The position numbers were made by a program, and so were the translations under genes. The notes under the pieces were generated by a model. It was given only the letters and a program-made list of their open reading frames with translations, made no database searches and was not told the DNA's origin. This document shows positions 1 through 6,568 of a stretch of DNA of 23,667 nucleotides, piece by piece (position 1 is the stretch's first letter; each line of letters begins with the position of its first letter). This stretch comes from Pseudomonadota bacterium (GTDB taxonomy: Bacteria > Pseudomonadota > Alphaproteobacteria > RF32 > CAG-239), in assembly GCA_918234285.1 (NCBI GenBank), contig CAKJXZ020000035.1:1-23667 (forward strand), written 5' to 3'.

Positions 1-7
1 AATAAAC

Positions 8-1198
8 ATGGCAAAAGAAAAATTTGAGCGGACGAAACCGCACTGCAACATTGGAACGATTGGTCACGTAGACCACGGTAAGACCACTTTGACAGCCGCC
101 ATTACCAAAGTATTGGCAGAAGAAGGCGGCGCCAGCTTCACGGCTTATGATCAAATTGATAAGGCACCGGAAGAACGCGCTCGCGGTATTACCATTTCGA
201 CGGCACACGTTGAATATGAAACCAAGAATCGTCACTATGCACACGTAGACTGCCCGGGCCACGCCGACTATGTTAAAAACATGATTACCGGTGCTGCTCA
301 GATGGATGGTGCAATTTTGGTAGTAAGTGCAGCTGACGGTCCGATGCCGCAAACTCGTGAACACATTTTGCTTGCTCGCCAAGTAGGTGTTCCGGCGATT
401 GTTGTATACATGAACAAAGTAGACCAAGTAGATGATCCGGAATTGCTCGAATTGGTAGAAATGGAAATTCGTGATTTGCTCAGCTCTTATGGTTTCCCTG
501 GCGATGAGATTCCGATTGTTAAAGGTTCAGCCTTGGCAGTATTGGAAGACGGCGACAGAAAAATCGGCCACGATTCGATTGTTGAATTGATGGAAAAAGT
601 AGACTCTTACATTCCGGAACCGACACGTCCGTTGGATCAGCCGTTCTTGATGCCGATTGAAGACGTATTCTCGATTTCCGGTCGTGGTACGGTTGTAACC
701 GGCCGTGTTGAACGCGGTGTATTGCATGTAGGTGACGAAATCGAAATCGTTGGTATTCGTCCGACACAGAAGACGACTTGCACGGGTATTGAAATGTTCC
801 GCAAGTTGTTGGATGAAGGCGAAGCCGGCGATAACATCGGTGTATTGTTGCGTGGTACGAAGCGTGAAGAAGTTGAACGCGGTCAAGTATTGGCTGCCCC
901 GGGAACGATTACCCCGCACACCGACTTCACCAGCGAATGCTACATTTTGACGAAGGAAGAAGGCGGTCGTCATACTCCGTTCTTCTCTAACTATCGTCCG
1001 CAATTCTATTTCCGTACGACCGACGTAACCGGTACGATTCAGTTGCCGGAAGGTACGGAAATGGTTATGCCTGGTGATAACGTAACCATTACGGTACAAC
1101 TGTTGAACCCGATTGCGATGAGCGAAGGTTTGCGCTTTGCTATCCGCGAAGGTGGTAGAACTGTTGGCGCCGGCGTTGTTTCTAAAATTTTGAAATAA
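8..1198 (+). CDS. tuf: Elongation factor Tu
   Basis: 396 aa starting [12 protein letters not shown]; G1 [10 protein letters not shown]2 RGITI, G3 DCPGH, G4 NKVD; C-terminal [10 protein letters not shown]. Confidence 0.99.
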   Translation: MAKEKFERTKPHCNIGTIGHVDHGKTTLTAAITKVLAEEGGASFTAYDQIDKAPEERARGITISTAHVEYETKNRHYAHVDCPGHADYVKNMITGAAQMDGAILVVSAADGPMPQTREHILLARQVGVPAIVVYMNKVDQVDDPELLELVEMEIRDLLSSYGFPGDEIPIVKGSALAVLEDGDRKIGHDSIVELMEKVDSYIPEPTRPLDQPFLMPIEDVFSISGRGTVVTGRVERGVLHVGDEIEIVGIRPTQKTTCTGIEMFRKLLDEGEAGDNIGVLLRGTKREEVERGQVLAAPGTITPHTDFTSECYILTKEEGGRHTPFFSNYRPQFYFRTTDVTGTIQLPEGTEMVMPGDNVTITVQLLNPIAMSEGLRFAIREGGRTVGAGVVSKILK

Positions 1199-1310
1199 CG
1201 TCTAGCTAGTAACTACTTGAGGGGCTTCTCCTCGTGTACGTTTTGTGTACACGTCGTCGAAGTCCCTCTTCGTATTTACACGCTATCCGTTATTTCCGTA
1301 AGTGTTCTTT
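1192..1310. repeat. Palindromic repeat element, copy 1 (MITE/RPE-like), overlapping the tuf stop codon
   Basis: Nested pairings: GAAATAACG 1192-1200 with CGTTATTTC 1288-1296; GAGGGGCTTC 1219-1228 with GAAGTCCCTC 1259-1268 (one G-U); apical CGTGTAC 1233-1239 with GTACACG 1247-1253. Right end GTGTTCTTT 1302-1310. Same architecture as 23375-23499. Confidence 0.75.
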
Positions 1311-1488
1311 AAGTGAAGTCCCCCGCGTCAAGGGACTTTCTGCGTATTTAAACGTTAATCTCGATTTTTCTTGTTAGGGGAATATTTATCTCGTTCTCCG
1401 TTATTTCCGTAAGTGTTCTTTAAGTGAAGTACACCGCGAGAAAAAGCCTTTTTCTATAAGCCTCGTTCTGCGAGTTTTTTCTTGTCAG
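1286..1488 (+). repeat. Tandem with 111-bp period: perfect 34-nt direct repeat plus a second conserved TTTTTCTTGT(T/C)AG block
   Basis: TCCGTTATTTCCGTAAGTGTTCTTTAAGTGAAGT at 1286-1319 and 1397-1430. TTTTTCTTGTYAG ends at 1377 and 1488, the same 111-bp offset. A third TTTTTTCTTGTTA lies near 1513-1525. Confidence 0.85.
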
Positions 1489-1538
1489 TAGCGTGAATCA
1501 GCGGAAACATTATTTTTTCTTGTTATAGGCATAGAATG

Positions 1539-1560
1539 ACGGAAACTTTTTCCGTTTTTT
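1539..1560 (+). terminator. Possible intrinsic terminator for the tuf transcript
   Basis: ACGGAAA-ctt-TTTCCGT stem-loop followed by TTTTT; the stem is weak and AT-rich. Confidence 0.4.
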
Positions 1561-1621
1561 GCCGTTGAACGGGGTGGAAGCGCCGTTATACATACTTCTT
1601 AACCGCCCGACCAAAATTAAT

Positions 1622-1650
1622 TTGACTTTTGGTATTTCGTACAATATATA
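1622..1650 (+). promoter_or_regulatory. Putative sigma70 promoter of the GT2 gene
   Basis: TTGACT (1622-1627), 17-bp spacer, TATATA (1645-1650), upstream of SD GGAG 1677-1680. Confidence 0.5.
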
Positions 1651-1685
1651 TAAAGGACACGACCAAAAATTCAGCCGGAGCGGAT

Positions 1686-2600
1686 ATGCCTTTAATTTCA
1701 GTCATAATTCCCGTCTATAACGTGGAAAAACACCTTAAAAAATGCTTGGAAAGCGTTTCCGAGCAGACTTTTCGCGATTTTGAGGTTATTTGTGTGAATG
1801 ATGGCTCTACCGATGGCAGCGCCGCAATTTTGCAAAAATTTGCCGACAAAGATAAGCGGTTTAAAATAATTACTCAGGAAAATAAGGGTTTATCGGTGGC
1901 GCGTAATGTCGGCCTGGCTCAGGCAAAAGCCAAGCATATTGCGTATGTTGACAGCGATGATTTTGTGCATAAGCGCTTTTTGGAGATTCTTTATAAGGCT
2001 TCGACAGATTTTGATGCCGATGTTTCCGGTTGCAACTTTTGCAAAATCTATGATGATGAGGATTTTCCCGAGTTGGAAAATGCAGTTGCACAAAAGTATA
2101 ATCCTGCCCTCAATGTTTTGATGCATCGCAAGAATTTTATCCATTTCAACGTTTGGAATAAGCTGTACAAACGTGATGTCATCGATGATATTTCTTTTGT
2201 TGACGGCATTTATTTTGAAGATTGGGTATATAATTGCTGTGTGTTTGCCAAGGCCAAGGATTTTGTGTGGGTAAACGAAAAACTATATGGTTATCGGATT
2301 TCGGAAAACTCCATTATGCGCAGCAGTTTTAATTTGAAAAAGTTGAATGATTATGTGATAGGAATTCACAGCGTGCGTAAGTTTTATAAAGAAAAATATC
2401 CTGATTTGTGGCCGTTGGTACGCGATACCCGTATTGCCCGTACCGTTAAAATGATGATGAACAGCACGCGCCGCAGCCGTAATTCCGAATTGATGGCCAG
2501 CGCTAAAATTGCCCTCAAAAAACTATATAATTTGAAACTTATCGGTTATAAGGGGCTGTCTTTACCTAATAAAATCAAGCTTTTCTGTTTTTTGCATTAA
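1686..2600 (+). CDS. Glycosyltransferase family 2 (GT-A fold)
   Basis: ISVIIPVYN, VNDGSTD, NKGLSVARNVG, DSDD (DxD), WNKLY and ED motifs. ATG 1686 follows GGAG and is preferred over the TTG at 1629. Confidence 0.95.
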   Translation: MPLISVIIPVYNVEKHLKKCLESVSEQTFRDFEVICVNDGSTDGSAAILQKFADKDKRFKIITQENKGLSVARNVGLAQAKAKHIAYVDSDDFVHKRFLEILYKASTDFDADVSGCNFCKIYDDEDFPELENAVAQKYNPALNVLMHRKNFIHFNVWNKLYKRDVIDDISFVDGIYFEDWVYNCCVFAKAKDFVWVNEKLYGYRISENSIMRSSFNLKKLNDYVIGIHSVRKFYKEKYPDLWPLVRDTRIARTVKMMMNSTRRSRNSELMASAKIALKKLYNLKLIGYKGLSLPNKIKLFCFLH

Positions 2601-2625
2601 GATTTTTGCTTTCATATATAAAGAT

Positions 2626-2804
2626 AAGCGACGAGACGCGGTCTTGCAACACAATGTGTTGCTTCAGTCACTCGGTTGCGATTTGTTCGCCGCGTGTCGC
2701 TTGCGCTAACTTGCTCAAAAGCAACCTTCGCCCGTCGTTAAAAATATCTCCGCCGGAGATATTTTTTCCCTCCGGCGCGACCTCTTCCGGTCACGAGTTC
2801 GAGT
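2626..2804. other. Structured intergenic element containing fragments of the adjacent tRNA-Asp
   Basis: Hairpins at 2646-2662, 2711-2724 and 2740-2766 (12-bp stem, GCC loop). Long-range pairing of 2626-2641 with 2690-2702. tRNA-matching pieces at 2627-2640, 2776-2789 and 2789-2804. Confidence 0.55.
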
Positions 2805-2819
2805 TACATCATTTACGGA

Positions 2820-2862
2820 ATCACAAAAAGACCGTTGCATGAAACAACGGTCTTTTTGTGAT
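2820..2862. terminator. Strong hairpin at the tRNA-Asp 3' end; probably a bidirectional intrinsic terminator
   Basis: ATCACAAAAAGACCGTTG-catgaaa-CAACGGTCTTTTTGTGAT is a perfect 18-bp stem with A5/T5 tracts, lying between the convergent GT2 and tRNA genes. Confidence 0.8.
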
Positions 2863-2938
2863 GGCGGGAGCGACGAGACTCGAACTCGCGACCTCTGCCG
2901 TGACAGGGCAGCGTTCTAACCAACTGAACTACACCCCC
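2862..2938 (-). tRNA. tRNA-Asp (GTC)
   Basis: Reverse complement GGGGGTGTAGTTCAGTTGGTTAGAACGCTGCCCTGTCACGGCAGAGGTCGCGAGTTCGAGTCTCGTCGCTCCCGCCA is 77 nt and folds as a cloverleaf, with anticodon loop CTGTCAC, TTCGA T-loop, G discriminator and encoded CCA. Confidence 0.98.
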
Positions 2939-2952
2939 GCAGAACAGTATGT

Positions 2953-2981
2953 CTTATATCTGAAGTTTTTTTAAATTGCAA
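2953..2981 (-). promoter_or_regulatory. Putative sigma70 promoter of tRNA-Asp
   Basis: On the - strand: TTGCAA (2981-2976), 17 bp, TATAAG (2958-2953), preceded by A-tracts resembling an UP element. Confidence 0.65.
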
Positions 2982-3061
2982 TACTTTTTTTGAGTTTTTT
3001 GCACTTTTTTTTGAAAAAAGCCGAAAAATAACGTTTGTTCGGGTATAACTTTATTATCTGC

Positions 3062-3089
3062 TTGCTTTTAATTCCAAACATTTTATCAT
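3062..3089 (+). promoter_or_regulatory. Putative promoter of the M23 peptidase gene
   Basis: TTGCTT (3062-3067), 16 bp, TATCAT (3084-3089). Confidence 0.35.
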
Positions 3090-3115
3090 CAGCACAACAT
3101 GGGGAATAACGGATT

Positions 3116-5026
3116 ATGCCTGCGTTTAAAAATTTTAGAAGAAAGTTACGCCGACGTCGGATAGAGACGTTTTTGTTGGCCGGTTATGCGTTTGCCGTAA
3201 CCTGCGCCCTGTTTCTATCTTTACTTAATAAGCCGTTTACGACAACACCGAAGTTGCCGATAACTCATGTGTCTGCCGATTCTTATGATTTCAGCGGTGA
3301 TATTTTAACACCGGCGTTCAATGATTCGGTCGGCGATAATCCGTTTGATACCGTTTATACCGAAATCAATAACATAAAGCTTTTGAGTGCCAACGAAGTC
3401 GTGCGTTCAAAGTTTGAAATCGTACAAAACGATAAGAATGTCGTGATGCCGATTGATGCCAAGCCGAAATATGAAGAAAATTCCAGCGAACTTTCCGGCA
3501 TTTACCAAAAAGAACGCCGCGTGCTGATGGTAGAAAGGGGCGATACATTTATCGGGCTTTTAACCAAACTCGGTATGAATACCAAGAGTGCAACCGAGGC
3601 ATATAACGTTTTGCGCAAAGTTTATGACGCACGCAAGTTACAAGTCGGGCAACATATCGAACTTACCGCTACTTTCGATGTGCGTTCGCATCAGTTGGAA
3701 ATGCTTGATAAGTTGACTATTACGCCGGAGCGCGGGGTTAAGTATATTTTGAGCGTTAACGAATACGATAAATATGTGGCAACCGTGGAGCGCGAAAAGT
3801 TTCAGCCGGATGTACGGGTAGTCAACGGTACGGTTAACGGTCCGGTGCTTAATTCCATGATTAGCGAAGGGGTTAATCGCCGAGTTGCCAATGAAGTCAT
3901 CAACCGTATGTCGCATATGATTAACTTCAGAACGGATGTTCGTAAAGGGGATACGTATAACATTAAATACGAGGTAAGTAAAGCGGCAAACGGCGATGTG
4001 GTTAAAATCGGCAATTTACTGTCGGCTTCGTTTAAAACCGCCAAACGCACTTATAAAATCTATCGTTTTAAGGACAATTATTATAATGAAAAAGGCGAAA
4101 CCAAGAAAACCGGTCTGGATATTAAACCGCTTTCAATGCGTAATGCACGGGTTTCTTCATTGTTCGGTTATCGTCGCCATCCGATTTATAAAACCATGAA
4201 GTTCCACAGCGGTGTGGATTATGCCGCACCGAAAGGTGTTGCTATTTATGCCAGCGGTCCGGGCGTGGTGGAAATGGCGCAATATGTCAACGGTTACGGT
4301 AACTATGTGAAAATCCGCCACAACAGCGAGTATGAAACGGCGTACGGCCACATGCAGGGATTTGCCCGCGGTATCAGAAAAGGCGTACGTGTACGGCGCG
4401 GTCAGGTCATAGGATATGTCGGCAGCACCGGTCAGTCCACCGGTCCGCATCTGCACTTTGAAATTTTGCGCAAAGGTCAGCGTATCAATCCGCTGAAGTC
4501 TAACGTGGCCACCGGTAATGATTTGGGTGGTTCACAACTGACAGAATTCAGACACAGAATGAATCAGATTGATGCCATGAAAGAAAAGGTGTTCAAAAAA
4601 GAGGAATCCGCACCGATGTTGGCATCGGTGGCACAGGCTGAAAAAGAAAAAGCCGAGGCCGAGGCCCAAGCCACTGCAGAACAGGGAAATGAAGCCGGAG
4701 AACAAACTCCGCCGGCCGCCGAACAGAATAAAGACGCCGCCGACGCAGAACCGGCAAAGCCGCAGGAAAACACGGCAGAAGCACCAAAGAATGATGCGGC
4801 AGAGTCGATAAAAGAAGAAAAAGCTGCCGAAAACGATAAGCAGGCAGAAGTCGCCGAGACGGAAGAAGCGGAAAAACAAATAACCGACAACTACAAGGGG
4901 AAACGTTATATGCCGCCTAGTATTTCCGCGGTTGCGGCGCGTAAAAAGCATTGGGCAACGGCCGGCAAAAAGGCGCAAAAAGCGGTTAAAACTCCGGCAC
5001 GTAAGCCGCGCTACGTAAAGCGCTGA
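3116..5026 (+). CDS. M23 family peptidoglycan DD-metalloendopeptidase (MepM-like), membrane-anchored, with a long charged C-terminal tail
   Basis: Basic N-terminus plus a TM helix; LysM/OapA-like VERGDTF...LQVGQ; SSLFGYRRHPI, HSGVD (HxxxD), GYGNYV, YGHM and STGPHLHFE (HxH). Confidence 0.93.
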   Translation: MPAFKNFRRKLRRRRIETFLLAGYAFAVTCALFLSLLNKPFTTTPKLPITHVSADSYDFSGDILTPAFNDSVGDNPFDTVYTEINNIKLLSANEVVRSKFEIVQNDKNVVMPIDAKPKYEENSSELSGIYQKERRVLMVERGDTFIGLLTKLGMNTKSATEAYNVLRKVYDARKLQVGQHIELTATFDVRSHQLEMLDKLTITPERGVKYILSVNEYDKYVATVEREKFQPDVRVVNGTVNGPVLNSMISEGVNRRVANEVINRMSHMINFRTDVRKGDTYNIKYEVSKAANGDVVKIGNLLSASFKTAKRTYKIYRFKDNYYNEKGETKKTGLDIKPLSMRNARVSSLFGYRRHPIYKTMKFHSGVDYAAPKGVAIYASGPGVVEMAQYVNGYGNYVKIRHNSEYETAYGHMQGFARGIRKGVRVRRGQVIGYVGSTGQSTGPHLHFEILRKGQRINPLKSNVATGNDLGGSQLTEFRHRMNQIDAMKEKVFKKEESAPMLASVAQAEKEKAEAEAQATAEQGNEAGEQTPPAAEQNKDAADAEPAKPQENTAEAPKNDAAESIKEEKAAENDKQAEVAETEEAEKQITDNYKGKRYMPPSISAVAARKKHWATAGKKAQKAVKTPARKPRYVKR

Positions 5027-5117
5027 AAATCAGATTACCGTAATACTTGATAATTATCTGGCAGAAAACTACATCTATAAACAGGCAGTGATTGAAGGTT
5101 GAGGAGAGAATATCAAA

Positions 5118-5564
5118 ATGGATAATTTGCCGGCATTGAGAGACATACATTTACCCGAGGGCGGTGTACCGTTTTTTCCTTTAGCCTACGGCTGGTGGAG
5201 TATTTTGGTCTGTGTGATTGCCGCGTGGGTGCTGTATAAAGTTCTGAAAATGCTGTGGCAGCAAAGCGCCAAAATTTACGCCCGAAGGATTTTACAATCA
5301 TTCAAAGATGATACCGATTTGGCGGCGGCGGTAAAAATGTCGGAAATATTGCGGCGCGCCTGTGTGCGTAAATATCCCGAGGCCGTTGCCGTATCGGGAG
5401 ATGATTGGATTGCCTTTCTTAACAGTAAATCCAAGTGGCCATTGAACGGTTCGGCTGCCGAATTGCTGAAAAATGCTCCGTTTATGGTGCATCAGAGTTA
5501 TGAAGCTGAGGATATGTCCAAAGTATGGCGCTATTGTTATGATTGGATAGGAGAAAATCTATGA
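5118..5564 (+). CDS. DUF4381 family membrane protein (Bat/MoxR-associated)
   Basis: LRDIHLP...PLAYGWW, a TM helix, LRR and GDDWIAFL are typical of DUF4381. SD GAGGAG 5101-5106. Position directly before the VWA gene fits. Confidence 0.85.
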   Translation: MDNLPALRDIHLPEGGVPFFPLAYGWWSILVCVIAAWVLYKVLKMLWQQSAKIYARRILQSFKDDTDLAAAVKMSEILRRACVRKYPEAVAVSGDDWIAFLNSKSKWPLNGSAAELLKNAPFMVHQSYEAEDMSKVWRYCYDWIGENL

Positions 5565-6565
5565 TTGTTTTTGCCAATCCTCAAGCTGCATGGTTATTTT
5601 TGGTGCCGATTTTGGTTTATTACATTCTGCCGGCGGTAGGCAAGATGTACGGCGATGCTTTGCAAGTACCGTTTGTAGCGGATATCGCGGCGATTAAGGG
5701 CAGTACTGCTTCCGAACGGCGGCGCGGTAAAGGTAAATCTGCAAATTCGTTTTCCAAGTTTTTGTTATTAATGGCTCTATGGGGATTGATTACGGTTGCC
5801 CTGTGTCGTCCGCAATGGGTGGGCGAGCCGCAGAAAGTTCATCACGAATCACGGGATATTATGCTGATTGTCGATGTTTCAAAATCAATGCTGGAAACCG
5901 ATTTTGTGTATCAGGGGCGGCATTATGACAGAATGTCGGTGGTTAAAAAAGTGGTGGCTGATTTTGCCGATGCTCGCACCGATGACCGGGTGGGGTTGGT
6001 GGTGTTCGGTACCCGTGCATATATGCAGGTTCCGCTCACTTATGACAAAGCATCGCTGAAAGAAACGTTGTTCGCGATAGAGCCGGGAATGGCCGGGGAT
6101 TCAACTTCCATAGGCGATGCCATCGGGGTTGCTTTGAAAAATTTGGCCTTAAGTGACGGTCCGGCTGAAAATAAGGTGATTATTCTGTTGACTGACGGCG
6201 AAAGCAATGACGGCAGTCTGTCGTTTCCGCAGGCAATAAAGTTGGCACAGGAAGAAAAAATAAAATTTTATACCATAGGCGTCGGCAGCGATTCTATCAG
6301 CTTTTTGGGCGGATTGTTCAGTGTGCCGATGGCCAACGGTTTGGATGAAACGAGTTTGCGGCAGTTGGCACAGGCAACCAAGGGAACTTATTTCAGAGCC
6401 AAAGATGTGAATGCACTGTTGCAGATATATTCGGAAATCAACCGTCTGGAGGCACAGGAACACGAAGGACGCTATGTTCAGGAAACCGAAGATATGTTCT
6501 ATTATCCGGCGGCGGCCGCACTTTTGCTGTTTTTGGCATTGTTTGCGCTGATGAGGAGAAAATAA
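5561..6565 (+). CDS. VWA domain membrane protein (BatA-like)
   Basis: N-terminal MIVFANP, ALCRPQW, MIDAS DVSKS, DRVGLVVFG, PLTYD, T(S)IGDAI, LLTDGESN and a C-terminal TM. ATG 5561 overlaps the upstream stop (ATGA). Confidence 0.92.
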   Translation: MIVFANPQAAWLFLVPILVYYILPAVGKMYGDALQVPFVADIAAIKGSTASERRRGKGKSANSFSKFLLLMALWGLITVALCRPQWVGEPQKVHHESRDIMLIVDVSKSMLETDFVYQGRHYDRMSVVKKVVADFADARTDDRVGLVVFGTRAYMQVPLTYDKASLKETLFAIEPGMAGDSTSIGDAIGVALKNLALSDGPAENKVIILLTDGESNDGSLSFPQAIKLAQEEKIKFYTIGVGSDSISFLGGLFSVPMANGLDETSLRQLAQATKGTYFRAKDVNALLQIYSEINRLEAQEHEGRYVQETEDMFYYPAAAALLLFLALFALMRRK

Positions 6566-6568
6566 GCC

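Noticed and set aside
519-1099. Antisense ORFs within tuf (up to 190 aa)
   Set aside because: These are shadow ORFs expected from the biased codon usage of a highly expressed gene, with no recognisable motifs.
1286-1430. CRISPR array (two identical 34-nt repeats)
   Set aside because: There are only two copies, the 77-nt spacer is too long, the intervening DNA resembles a genomic repeat family, and no cas genes are in the window.
1629-1685. N-terminal extension of GT2 from TTG 1629
   Set aside because: It overlaps the predicted promoter; ATG 1686 has an SD and matches the family start (MPLISVIIP).
2776-2810. Second tRNA or tRNA pseudogene on the + strand (GAGTTCGAGT)
   Set aside because: Only a T-loop-like fragment is present; no D arm, anticodon arm or acceptor stem can be folded.
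2606-2842. 78-aa ORF between GT2 and the tRNA
   Set aside because: It has a TTG start with no SD and runs through hairpins and tRNA-derived fragments, so non-coding structure is the better explanation.
2600-3115. Integrated prophage or genomic island at tRNA-Asp
   Set aside because: I found no integrase or cargo; the only tRNA duplications lie within ~240 bp, and the flanking genes are ordinary cellular genes.
4532-4978. Hydrophobic antisense ORFs opposite the M23 tail
   Set aside because: They mirror the Glu/Ala/Lys low-complexity codons on the + strand.
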